A stretch of DNA of 64,000 bases from Firmicutes bacterium CAG:194. Its GTDB lineage: Archaea; Thermoplasmatota; Thermoplasmata; Methanomassiliicoccales; Methanomethylophilaceae. Below are positions 29,982 to 39,071 of the stretch, piece after piece. The DNA lies in NCBI GenBank assembly GCA_963605395.1, contig CAVCVB010000002.1, positions 7,381 through 71,380 on the forward strand, in the 5' to 3' direction. A model generated the notes under the pieces. It was not told the DNA's origin. It was given only the letters and a program-made list of their open reading frames with translations, and did no database searches. Within the stretch, counting starts at the first letter, position 1. The number at the start of each line of letters is the position of its first letter. The position numbers were made by a program, and so were the translations under genes.

Positions 29982-30064
29982 AATAATGTTGTCGAGAATT
30001 CCAATTTAAGTTGTTTGCACAAGATAATAATGTTGTCAACAACGATAAACGGCTCAGACAACAT
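29982..30064 (+). promoter_or_regulatory. candidate operator repeats upstream of mtbC
   Basis: AATAATGTTGTC at 29982 and 30026; inverted GACAACAT at 30057; TTTATA box near 30072. Confidence 0.55.
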
Positions 30065-30095
30065 CTAACCGTTTATACAACAAGGAGGGAAGAAA

Positions 30096-30740
30096 ATGGC
30101 ATACGAAAAGGAGACCGAGATGCTCCACACGGCGCTCGTGTCGTGCAAAGTACCTGCGATAACAGATGCTGTGAACGCGGCCCATCAGGCCGGAATGCCC
30201 GCAACGGACATCATCAACGCGCTCGGCGCGGCGATGTCCGATGTGGGGGTCCTCTTCGAGAGAGGCAAGCTGTTCCTGCCCCACGTCCTGTCCGCTGCGG
30301 CCGGGATGAAGAAGGCCATGGAGATCCTGGGAGACGACCTCAAGTCCGGAGCTGGAGCGGGGGCGTCCAAGGGGATCGCCGTCATGGGGACCGTGGAAGG
30401 GGACGTCCATGACATTGGCAAGTCGATCTGCTCGACCATGCTCCAGTGCGCCGGGTTCGAGGTCCATGACCTCGGCCGCGACGTGCCCAACGGGAACTTC
30501 GTGGAGGAAGTCAGGAACGGAGCGAACTTCTGCGGGATGTCCGCATTGATGACGACCACGATGACCAACATGAAGACGGTGATCGACCAGCTCCAGACCG
30601 AGGGCCTGAGGGACAAGGTCGTCGTCATGGTCGGAGGAGCCCCGATCACACAGGCGTACAGCGACAAGATCGGAGCGGACATCTACGGCGAGTCCGCGTC
30701 CGAGACCACCAGGAAGGCCCAGGCCGTCTCGGAGGCTTGA
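30096..30740 (+). CDS. mtbC: methylamine corrinoid protein (MtbC-type)
   Basis: GTVEGDVHDIGK cobalamin motif, SALMTTTM, VMVGGAPIT; adjacent to mtbB. Confidence 0.9.
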   Translation: MAYEKETEMLHTALVSCKVPAITDAVNAAHQAGMPATDIINALGAAMSDVGVLFERGKLFLPHVLSAAAGMKKAMEILGDDLKSGAGAGASKGIAVMGTVEGDVHDIGKSICSTMLQCAGFEVHDLGRDVPNGNFVEEVRNGANFCGMSALMTTTMTNMKTVIDQLQTEGLRDKVVVMVGGAPITQAYSDKIGADIYGESASETTRKAQAVSEA

Positions 30741-30745
30741 CCGCG

Positions 30746-32146
30746 ATGACAGACTGCATGACAAGGATGGGAGACGGACGCAGGGTCACCATGACCCGCC
30801 AGCAGATCCGCGAGGACGTGGAGGCCGGGACGAACGACGCCCAGGTCTGCACCGAAGTGCCGGTCCTCACCGCCGACGAGCTGGACTTCATCACGGACAT
30901 CCTCTGCTCCAAGAGCAGGATCCAGGGAGTGGAGCCCGGCCACGAGGTCGTCCTGACCCTCGACGGCGGACCGACCCAGCTCCTCCTCGACAACGGAAAC
31001 TCCGGAAGCGGGATCGAGATGGGGAGGGTGAACGCCGTCGCAGTGTACGAGAGGGCGTTCGCCATAGACCTGATGGAGCAGGGGATGACCGACTACTCCA
31101 TCAAGCCCGGGAAGGCGCTCCTGGCCTACGAGCAGCAGGCTATGGAGCAGGTCCTCAGGAACTCCACCGTCCCGATGCTCTACGGAGCCATGCCCAACAT
31201 GGGGCTCTACTACTCCCCCGACGGAGCCTACGGCAACCCGGCCGACCTCATGAGGGAGTTCAAGATCGAGGAGGCCATGGACCAGGCCGAGAAGGCCGCC
31301 AAGCAGCTGGAGGACGACACCGTCTATTTCGTCAACGGGATCCTGTCCACCGGAGCCGACGGGTTCGATTTCGACACCACGGCATCTGCAGGGGATGCGG
31401 ACTTCGTCAGCACCCTCCGCGCCATCGAGAGGATCAAGGACGAGTACCCCGAGGCTGGGATCGTCACCGGGATGTCGGGAGAGAACGTCCTGGGGATCCA
31501 CGGGTCCATCGACTTCCACGGCACGCCCGTGGCCGGCCTGTACCCCAACGAACAGGCCAAGCTGTGCGCCGATGCCGGTGCGACCATCTTCGGATGCGTG
31601 GTCAACACCAACTCCTCGAAGAGCGCCGCATGGAACATCGCCCGCGCGGTGACCATCGCCAAGGACTGCAGCAAGAACTCCCCCATACCTGTCCACGTGG
31701 ACATGGGGATGGGGGTCGGAGGAGTCCCGATGTTCGAGACCCCCGCCACCGACATCGTGGCCAAGGCCGCCACGGCCATGGTCGAGATCGGGAAGATCGA
31801 CGGGATATAGGTCGGCGCCGGAGACCCCGGCACCATGATGGCGTCCTACCACCTCTCCGCCGGGATCGGCGGGCTGAGGACCAGCGGAGACCTTGTCGCC
31901 AGGATGATGGTCGGCAAGAAGATGAAGGTCCAGCAGGCCAAGGAGTACGTCGCCCAGAAGCTGGGCCTCGACACCCTGGAGATCTGCGACGAGACCGTCA
32001 TGCGCGAGGTCCGCGAAGAGCTCCGCATCGACACGATCACCGGAGTCCCCGGGATGCCCCGCGGGATCGCGGCCAAGATGAACATCGAGAAGCTCCTGGG
32101 GATCCAGATCGCCAGCTGCGAGAAGTTCCGTCAGAACACCGCCTGA
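30746..32146 (+). CDS. mtbB: dimethylamine:corrinoid methyltransferase with in-frame amber codon (pyrrolysine) at 31808-31810
   Basis: TRMGDG N-terminus, YGAMPNMGLYY, VNTNSSKS..WNIARAVT, MGMGVGGVPM; the frame continues past TAG as GKIDGI-(TAG)-VGAGDP...GDLVARM...GIAAKMNIEKLL; TAG is codon 355 of 466. Confidence 0.94.
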
Positions 32147-32155
32147 CGGGCACCC

Positions 32156-32178
32156 GGGCCGGGCCTCGGGCCCGGCCC
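32156..32178 (+). terminator. GC hairpin between mtbB and the permease gene
   Basis: gggccgggc-ctcgg-gcccggccc. Confidence 0.5.
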
Positions 32179-32199
32179 TTCCTTATGGAGGGATGTCAA

Positions 32200-33267
32200 A
32201 TGGCCGATTTGAAAGAACTGATACACGGGGAGAGGAAGTCCCGTATCAACTGGGGGTTCAAGTGGGCCCTCCTGTGCGCCCTCACATGGGGCCTCGGCTT
32301 CATGATCGAGGAGCTGATATGGAAGGTCGAGCCCTACTCCGGAACGTTCGGGCTGGATGGCACAGAGGGCTACATGCTCACCGCCGTCCTCATCTCCACG
32401 TTCTTCGCGATATTCATCACCATCGTGATGGCTCTCTGCTGGACCGGCGTCCAGGGGAAGCTCGGCGAGTTCAAGAAGGTCCTGGGCAACAAGAAGAACC
32501 TCAAGTACCTGATCGTCAGCGCGCTGTGCGGAGGCCAGATGGCCGTCCTCGGATGCACGCTGGCCACCGGATACATCGGAGCTGCGTTCAGCTCGGGGAT
32601 GTGCCTGCTGTCCGCCATCGCCGGAGCGTTCTTCGCCAGGGTGATGAACAAGGAGAGGATGAGCAAGAAGACGATACTCGGCATACTGATCATGCTCGTC
32701 GGAGGGATCTTCATCCTCGACCCGGGCCAGATGATCGACAACATCCAGAACCCCGAGTCGCCCGACGGGATCGCCCTCGGGTACATCGGAGCGCTCATGG
32801 CCATCTTCGGATGGGGGCTCGAGGGAAACATCGTCATCAAGGTCCTGGACATCAACGACTCCGACGTCACCATGCCTGTCAGGTACGTGGTCGAGGCCGT
32901 CATCTGGATCCTCGTGATGCTCCCGATAATGGGCGCATGGCTGGGATTCGACGTGGTCTGGAACGCGTTCATCAGCTGCTGGTCCAGCGTCGACAACATC
33001 ATCTGGATGATCCTCGTCGGATTCACGCTCGGGCTGTGCTACGCGGCCCAGTACAAGGCGTTCCCGCTCATCGGAGTCGGGAGGACCCTGAGCATCGACT
33101 CGTTCTACGTGCCGATCGCCCTGGTGTGCCTGTGGATATTCCTCGGGGACAACATCGGGCTGATGGTCGTCGGAGGGGTCGTGATCGCCCTGATAGGAAT
33201 CTTCGTGATGTACTGGGACAGCGGCTCCCTGGAAGAGTCCAACCGTGACGTGGGGGGAGGGCAATGA
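32200..33267 (+). CDS. DMT/EamA-family permease (candidate methylamine transporter)
   Basis: about 10 hydrophobic helices in two EamA-like halves; YKAFPLIGVGR; directly after mtbB. Confidence 0.85.
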   Translation: MADLKELIHGERKSRINWGFKWALLCALTWGLGFMIEELIWKVEPYSGTFGLDGTEGYMLTAVLISTFFAIFITIVMALCWTGVQGKLGEFKKVLGNKKNLKYLIVSALCGGQMAVLGCTLATGYIGAAFSSGMCLLSAIAGAFFARVMNKERMSKKTILGILIMLVGGIFILDPGQMIDNIQNPESPDGIALGYIGALMAIFGWGLEGNIVIKVLDINDSDVTMPVRYVVEAVIWILVMLPIMGAWLGFDVVWNAFISCWSSVDNIIWMILVGFTLGLCYAAQYKAFPLIGVGRTLSIDSFYVPIALVCLWIFLGDNIGLMVVGGVVIALIGIFVMYWDSGSLEESNRDVGGGQ

Positions 33268-33554
33268 CAGAGCTCTCCATCAAGTCCAAGCTGCTCCTGA
33301 TGTACAAGGACGGTGACGAGATCTGGGACCACGACGCGGTCCGGCGCGTGCTGGCCGATGTGGGGAAGGACCCCGAAGGGATATGGAAGTGGTACTGCCG
33401 CACGTATCTCATCGAGATGCAGACCAACGCCCTGCTCGAAGAGACGGACTACGCCTTGGACGACGGGAGCTGCTTCGAAGAGGGCAAGGTCCTCAAGAAG
33501 TACAGGATCACCGGCTTCGGGAAGAGCACGGTGCATTCCATGCTGGAGCGATGA
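33264..33554 (+). CDS. small hypothetical protein, wHTH-like
   Basis: ATGA overlap with the permease; KKYRITGFGK wing-like motif. Confidence 0.75.
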   Translation: MTELSIKSKLLLMYKDGDEIWDHDAVRRVLADVGKDPEGIWKWYCRTYLIEMQTNALLEETDYALDDGSCFEEGKVLKKYRITGFGKSTVHSMLER

Positions 33555-33673
33555 CGATGTTCGGAGATGGAATATTCGCATGGCACGGAGGGGCGATCGT
33601 GTTCATAGCCGTGGTCCTGATCGCCACGGCGTACTGCATCTACTGCAGCAGGTCGTTCCTCAAGAAGATCTGA
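33551..33673 (+). CDS. small single-TM protein (40 aa)
   Basis: ATGA overlap, GGAG SD; MTMFGDGIFAWHGGAIVFIAVVLIATAYCIYCSRSFLKKI. Confidence 0.6.
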   Translation: MTMFGDGIFAWHGGAIVFIAVVLIATAYCIYCSRSFLKKI

Positions 33674-33751
33674 CGGGAATCCCCGTCCGAGGCGCTCATG
33701 CGCCTGCACCGGCCCCGGTGCCCACCACCACTAAGCACTATTATCCTCCAA

Positions 33752-33773
33752 CCGCCGAAGGGGCCTTCGGCGG
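33752..33773. terminator. hairpin after the methylamine operon
   Basis: ccgccgaagg-gg-ccttcggcgg. Confidence 0.5.
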
Positions 33774-33866
33774 GACTTTCATGACGTCCGAACCTGCCCG
33801 GGACGCCGTTCGAACATTTTTAAACACGCTGTGCATACAAGATAATCAACCGTTAAGGTGGAACCG

Positions 33867-34601
33867 ATGACAGATGGACCGAGGGATGAGAAGAAGGACG
33901 ATCAGAACGCGATCACCAGCGAGACCCCCCAGTGGGGAGCCAACAGCTTCCCGAGAGGGCACGCCCCCAAGTGGGACTCGAAGATGTCGGACAGCGTCCT
34001 CCACTGGGACGTGTTCGTGAACATCGACAGCAGGTACTGGGACTCGTTCCTCCCGCTCTTCTACTACCGTCTGGCCAGCTTCTCCCGCGAGCGCATAACC
34101 AAATTCTGCGAACCTTACGGCATCGCATACGGCCACGCCATCTACCTCATAGGCCTGGACATAGAGGAGGGGCAGACCCCTCAGGAGCTCAGCACGTTCC
34201 TGGACCTGGACACCGGCAACACCAGCAGGGCCCTGAAGACCCTGGAGGACCTCGGATACATCGTCACGGACCGCAAGACCGAGAAGAGCAGGAAGTACCA
34301 CATCTACCTGACCGAATCCGGAAAGGACCTGGCGGTGAAGATCAGGAACTTCCAGATCGAGTCCCTGAACAACGATTTCGCCGGCGTCACGGACGAGGAG
34401 GTCATAGCGCTCAGGAGGACGCTCGTCAAGATCCTCCGCAACTGCGACCCGGAGCTCGACGCGTACATGAGCGACCCGCGCAAGGACCCTTTCTACAGCC
34501 TGCTCCTCATCAATTCCAACGAGGACGTCTGCCATCAGTCCAGGCATGTGGAGCGAGAGGGCCTGGACGCAGAACCCGACGATCCGGTCATCACGGCTTG
34601 A
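33867..34601 (+). CDS. MarR-family transcriptional regulator
   Basis: TPQELSTFLDLDTGNTSRALKTLEDLGYI...RKYHIYLTESGK. Confidence 0.88.
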   Translation: MTDGPRDEKKDDQNAITSETPQWGANSFPRGHAPKWDSKMSDSVLHWDVFVNIDSRYWDSFLPLFYYRLASFSRERITKFCEPYGIAYGHAIYLIGLDIEEGQTPQELSTFLDLDTGNTSRALKTLEDLGYIVTDRKTEKSRKYHIYLTESGKDLAVKIRNFQIESLNNDFAGVTDEEVIALRRTLVKILRNCDPELDAYMSDPRKDPFYSLLLINSNEDVCHQSRHVEREGLDAEPDDPVITA

Positions 34602-34711
34602 TGCTGCCGGATCCTTTTCCGGACTGTGCATCCTCTGATTCCAGAAGATGCCGCCAGCGGATGCATGCATCCCCGGATAATGGAAATCTCGCCGGTAAAT
34701 ATCATATTCTG

Positions 34712-35326
34712 ATGGCTACTGGCGAGATTATGCTCTACGACACCAAGATGCTCCTGGAATCCCTGAAGGATTACTCCAATCCCGCCTGCAAGCTGCAGAG
34801 GCTGGTCCGCGACGGGAAGTACACAAGGGTTGTCAGAGGGCTCTATGAATCCGACCCTTCGACCCCGGGACGCCTCCTGGCCCAGGCCATACGGTCCCCA
34901 TCGTACCTGTCCTTCGACTACGCGCTCGCTTACCACAACATGATTCCGGAAAGCGTCTTCGCGTTCACCTGTGCGACATACGCCACTGGGAAGAAGAAGG
35001 TCTACAAGAACGCGTTCGGGACATACATCTACAGGGACACCTCGCCGCACGCATTCCACCTCGGGGTCGAAGAAGTCCGTTACAAGACATACACATACCG
35101 CATCGCTACCAAGGAGAAGGCGTTATGCGACAGGCTGTACACCAAGCCGCCCGTCTCCGACTTGAAAGAGATGGAAGAGATGCTCTTCGAGGACATGAGG
35201 CTCGAACGTGATGATGTGCTGGGTTTGGACAGGGCGATGATCGACCGGCTTGCAGGCTGCTTCAGATCGACCAACGTCAGACTGCTGAACGAGTTTCTGG
35301 CCAAATACGGGGATGATGACGAGTGA
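34712..35326 (+). CDS. type IV toxin-antitoxin AbiEi-family antitoxin (no toxin follows)
   Basis: RVVRGLY, PSYLSFDYALAYHNMIPE, KVYKNAFGTYIY, IATKEKALCD.LY. Confidence 0.85.
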   Translation: MATGEIMLYDTKMLLESLKDYSNPACKLQRLVRDGKYTRVVRGLYESDPSTPGRLLAQAIRSPSYLSFDYALAYHNMIPESVFAFTCATYATGKKKVYKNAFGTYIYRDTSPHAFHLGVEEVRYKTYTYRIATKEKALCDRLYTKPPVSDLKEMEEMLFEDMRLERDDVLGLDRAMIDRLAGCFRSTNVRLLNEFLAKYGDDDE

Positions 35327-35395
35327 TTCAACGCCATGAATTTGCAACTCACCTGTGAAGCTGAAGAAAGTCCTCAAAGAACGTAAATAAATTTA

Positions 35396-35441
35396 GAATT
35401 TCCTGCCATTTATGCACGGAATTTCCAGAAATTTCAGACAA
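35396..35441 (+). repeat. 46-bp imperfect direct repeat, left copy (internal 23-bp period)
   Basis: gaatttcctgccatttatgcacggaatttccagaaatttcagacaa; 39/46 identical to 36843..36888. Confidence 0.85.
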
Positions 35442-35474
35442 TAACAACATATATTTCCAAACCCTCCTTCGACC

Positions 35475-36815
35475 ATGTGGCGCAAGGCGATGGACAGTCT
35501 GTCGGAATGGCGTGACAGCCCTTCGAGGAAGCCCCTTATGGTCAGCGGTGTCCGCCAGTGCGGGAAGACCTATCTCCTGAAGGAATTCGGCAACAAGAGC
35601 TTCGGCAATGTCCTGTACATCGACCTGGAGCGCTCCAAGAGCGCACAGAAGGTGTTCGAGAAAGACTTGGATCCCACGAGGATCCTCAGAGACCTCTCGT
35701 CCCTGTACGGCACCCCGTTGGAAGAGGGATCGTCGCTCCTCATCTTGGACGAGGTCCAGTCCTGTCCCGCCGCCATAACCTCGCTGAAATACTTCTGTGA
35801 AGAGAGGCGCGGGTTCCATGTCATCGCCGCCGGCTCCCTGCTGGCGGTGCTCCTTGCCGACAAGACATCATACCCTGTGGGCAAGGTCGACATGATGACC
35901 ATGCGCCCGATGGACTTCCAGGAATGGCTGGTCGCCAACGGCAGGGAGCTGCTGTTCAGCAACGCCGACAGCTCTTATCCCGAAGTGTCTGATGCGATTC
36001 TGACCATGCTCGATGACGAATACAGGAAGTACCTTTTCGTCGGCGGCATGCCGGAAGCCGTCCAGACATGGATCGATGGCCATGACGAGCAGAAGGTCAT
36101 GAAGGTCCAGGACAACATCCTCAACGCCTACGCCGCGGATTTCCTGAAGCACGTGCCCGACGACATGACGATGAAGGTCAACCGCGTCTGGACCTCCGTG
36201 CCGGAGCAGCTGGCCAAAGAGAACGGGAGGTTCTTCTACAGCGGAGTCCAGGGCTCCGGACGCGGGAGGGAGCTTGAGATGGCGGTCGAATGGCTCTCGT
36301 CTGCCAGCCTGGTACACCGTGTCGCATGCACGGAAAGGCCATTGGCCCCTCTCGCAGAATCTGTCGACGGCTCTAAGTTCAAGCTCTATGTCTGCGACTG
36401 CGGACTGTTGTCCAGGATGATGGACACGCGGCTGGCGATGTTCATGTACGACGAGCTGAAAGAGAGCATAGATTCGGACTGGCGCGGAGCCGTGGCCGAG
36501 AGCTTTGTGCTGAGCGAGATCGTGTCTGCGTTCGGCAAGGAGCCTTTCTACTGGAAAAAAGGGAAGCATGAGGTGGACTTCCTGGTGTCATCTGGGCTGT
36601 GCGTCGTGCCGATAGAAGTGAAATCCGGCACCAAGGTCAGGGCGATCAGCCTGAAGGCTTACATTGATGCATATTCGCCATCGAAGGCCATAGTAATATC
36701 GAAGAACCCTCCGATGGAAGGGGATGTTGTGTCGCTGCCGCTCTGTATGGCCTGGAAGATCCGCAAGATCGTCGAAGATGCGGAAGAGTCCGTGATGAGT
36801 CCCGGCTCCGAGTGA
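35475..36815 (+). CDS. AAA_14 ATPase with DUF4143 and C-terminal PD-(D/E)XK-like domain
   Basis: GVRQCGKT, LILDEVQ, AAGSLL, GGMPEAV, FKLYVCDCGLL, EVDF..PIEVKSG. Confidence 0.92.
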   Translation: MWRKAMDSLSEWRDSPSRKPLMVSGVRQCGKTYLLKEFGNKSFGNVLYIDLERSKSAQKVFEKDLDPTRILRDLSSLYGTPLEEGSSLLILDEVQSCPAAITSLKYFCEERRGFHVIAAGSLLAVLLADKTSYPVGKVDMMTMRPMDFQEWLVANGRELLFSNADSSYPEVSDAILTMLDDEYRKYLFVGGMPEAVQTWIDGHDEQKVMKVQDNILNAYAADFLKHVPDDMTMKVNRVWTSVPEQLAKENGRFFYSGVQGSGRGRELEMAVEWLSSASLVHRVACTERPLAPLAESVDGSKFKLYVCDCGLLSRMMDTRLAMFMYDELKESIDSDWRGAVAESFVLSEIVSAFGKEPFYWKKGKHEVDFLVSSGLCVVPIEVKSGTKVRAISLKAYIDAYSPSKAIVISKNPPMEGDVVSLPLCMAWKIRKIVEDAEESVMSPGSE

Positions 36816-36842
36816 GGATCTTACTGAACCGCTCGATATCTG

Positions 36843-36888
36843 GAATTTTCTGCCATATTTGCACAGAATTTCCAGAAATATCTGCCAA
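36843..36888 (+). repeat. 46-bp imperfect direct repeat, right copy
   Basis: gaattttctgccatatttgcacagaatttccagaaatatctgccaa. Confidence 0.85.
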
Positions 36889-36904
36889 CATCTCACTGGA
36901 TTTT

Positions 36905-37525
36905 TCAGACCACATGGTTCGTCAGCGTCCCCACGCCTTCGATCGTCACTGCCACTTCGTCCCCCGGCCTGATCTCGGAAACTCCCTCCGGAGTGCCCGT
37001 TATCAGCACATCCCCGGGCTCCAGGGTCATGTACCTCGACACATAGGACACGAGGAACGGCAGGGAGAAGATCATGTCCGATGTGCGCCCGCTCTGCCTG
37101 ACCTCCCCGTTCACGGTCAGCTCGATGCGCAGGTCCTGCGGATCGTCCACCGACCCGATCGGAACAGGATCGGACATCGCCCCGAAGGTGTCCATCCCCT
37201 TGCTCAGGTCCCATGTGTTCCCGGCCTTGCGGGCCTCGGCCTGCATGTCCCTCGCGGTGACATCGTTGAAGACCGCCAGATGGGACACGAAGGACATGGC
37301 ATCCTCTTCGGAGACGCCCTTGCAGCGCTTCCCGAAGACCAGTGCGAGCTCGGCCTCGTGCTGCACGTTCGTCACCCCTTCAGGGATCACGATGTCGTCC
37401 CCGTCGCCTATGAGGCAGCTCGGAGGCTTGAGGAACACCGTCGGGAACTCGGGGTAATCTGATTCGAGCTCCTTCACGTGAGAGCGGTAGTTCCATCCTA
37501 TGCAGACGATCTTCGTCGGGGCCAT
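36905..37525 (-). CDS. fumarylacetoacetate hydrolase family protein
   Basis: KIVCIGWNY..H, FLKP, HEAEL, NDVTARD, KGMDTF, GDVLITGTPEGV. Confidence 0.93.
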   Translation of the reverse strand: MAPTKIVCIGWNYRSHVKELESDYPEFPTVFLKPPSCLIGDGDDIVIPEGVTNVQHEAELALVFGKRCKGVSEEDAMSFVSHLAVFNDVTARDMQAEARKAGNTWDLSKGMDTFGAMSDPVPIGSVDDPQDLRIELTVNGEVRQSGRTSDMIFSLPFLVSYVSRYMTLEPGDVLITGTPEGVSEIRPGDEVAVTIEGVGTLTNHVV

Positions 37526-37660
37526 GGGCACGTGTAGAGGCAACCAGGACATAAACATCACGGTGCCAGTCGAACCAGATTTATATGTTGCATCGCATAT
37601 GACATGATGATTAAGATTATCTGAACAGAGCCAGATGCTTAATCATATTGATTGAATTGT

Positions 37661-37719
37661 GAAGATTTCTAATGTTGACTATTGAAGATTTCTAATGTTG
37701 ACTATTGAAGATTTCTAAT
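37661..37719 (+). repeat. perfect tandem repeat, 23-bp unit GAAGATTTCTAATGTTGACTATT, about 2.6 copies
   Basis: units start at 37661, 37684 and 37707. Confidence 0.92.
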
Positions 37720-37760
37720 AATACATCATAGTTTATACTCGAAACACATTACACTAAAAC

Positions 37761-39065
37761 ATGAGCATAAAGCCCGAAGGATACCGCCCCAGGCTGATCG
37801 AGAAAGAGCTGGACATGAAGATGGGCATGTACGGAGCGGTATGCATCGAGGGTGCCAAGGCCTGCGGCAAGACCTGGACAGGACTGAGCAGATCCGCGAG
37901 CGTGTTCGACCTCAACGACTCGAAGGACGATTACCTCAACCTCAAGAGGGCCCAGACGAACGTCGGCTCCGCATTCGAGGGAGAGGAGCCCCACCTCATC
38001 GACGAATGGCAGGAATGCCCTCGGATATGGGATGCAACGAAGAGCATCACGGACAAGTCGTCCAAGAACGGCAGGTTCATCCTGACCGGATCATCGACGC
38101 CTGTGTCCAAGGGCGTGATGCACGACGGCACCGGTCGCATCGGGACCGTCAGGATGCGCCCAATGTCCCTCTTCGAATCGGGAGATTCCAAGGGCACAGT
38201 CTCCCTCTCCGGCCTGTTCGACGGGGAGTTCGCCTTGGACGAGCCATCTCAGAACACCTTGGAGAAGCTCGTTGGCCTCACTGTGCGCGGAGGATGGCCC
38301 ATGGCCATAGGACTCTCCGAAAAGCAGTACGTCCAATACTCCCGCGACTACATCGGCAAAGTAATACGCGGAGCGTCTGCCATGGACGGAGTCGGCCGCA
38401 ACGAAGCAAAGATGAGGATGTTCGTGAAGTCCCTCGCGCGCAACGAAAGCACCCTCGCCAGCAACAGCACCATATCTTCTGATGTCACGGACGAGGATAT
38501 TGATCGTTCGGCAATGGAGAGGGAGCGCTCGACATTGTCGCAGCAGACAGTACCGGTGTACTCTTCCGTTCTGGAACGCATGTTCATCGTGGACAACCAG
38601 CCCGCGTTCAGCTTCAACGCCCGCTCGTCTGTCCGCGTGGGGAAGAGCCCTAAGCGCCATTTCGTGGACCCGTCCCTCAGCATCGCCGCACTGGAGCTAA
38701 CCCCGAAGAAGCTCATGTCCGACCTGAACACATATGGCTTCATGTTCGAATCTATGTGCTTCCGCGACCTGCGCATATACGCGGAGGCCCATGGAGGCAC
38801 CGTGTCACATTACCGCGACGACCGCGGCAAGGAGATAGACGCAATCGTCCAGAACTACGAGGGTGACTACGGCGCGGTAGAGATCAAGCTCGGCGAAGGG
38901 CAGGTGGACGAGGCTGCGGAGAACATGTTGAAACTCAGGAAGAGGTTCGAGGACGACGGCCTCCCCCTTCCGAAGTTCATGTGCGTGGTATGCGGCACTG
39001 CCGCGGGATCCTATCGGCGCCCCGACGGTGTGTACGTGGTCCCGATCACCCACCTGAGGGACTGA
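37761..39065 (+). CDS. AAA_14/DUF4143 ATPase-nuclease
   Basis: YRPRLIE, EGAKACGKT, LIDEWQ, FILTGS, RGGWP, KRHFVDPS, EIDAIV..AVEIKL. Confidence 0.92.
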   Translation: MSIKPEGYRPRLIEKELDMKMGMYGAVCIEGAKACGKTWTGLSRSASVFDLNDSKDDYLNLKRAQTNVGSAFEGEEPHLIDEWQECPRIWDATKSITDKSSKNGRFILTGSSTPVSKGVMHDGTGRIGTVRMRPMSLFESGDSKGTVSLSGLFDGEFALDEPSQNTLEKLVGLTVRGGWPMAIGLSEKQYVQYSRDYIGKVIRGASAMDGVGRNEAKMRMFVKSLARNESTLASNSTISSDVTDEDIDRSAMERERSTLSQQTVPVYSSVLERMFIVDNQPAFSFNARSSVRVGKSPKRHFVDPSLSIAALELTPKKLMSDLNTYGFMFESMCFRDLRIYAEAHGGTVSHYRDDRGKEIDAIVQNYEGDYGAVEIKLGEGQVDEAAENMLKLRKRFEDDGLPLPKFMCVVCGTAAGSYRRPDGVYVVPITHLRD

Positions 39066-39071
39066 CCGGGA

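Noticed and set aside
31811..31840. PYLIS-like hairpin after the mtbB amber codon (gccgg-agacc-ccggc)
   Set aside because: A 5-bp stem is expected by chance in GC-rich coding sequence, and PYLIS is not required for Pyl insertion.
31564..33267. 567-aa ORF as an extended permease
   Set aside because: The upstream part overlaps mtbB out of frame; an SD-supported start is at 32200.
37661..37719. 23-bp repeats as a mini CRISPR array
   Set aside because: Units are contiguous with no unique spacers, and there are no cas genes in the window.
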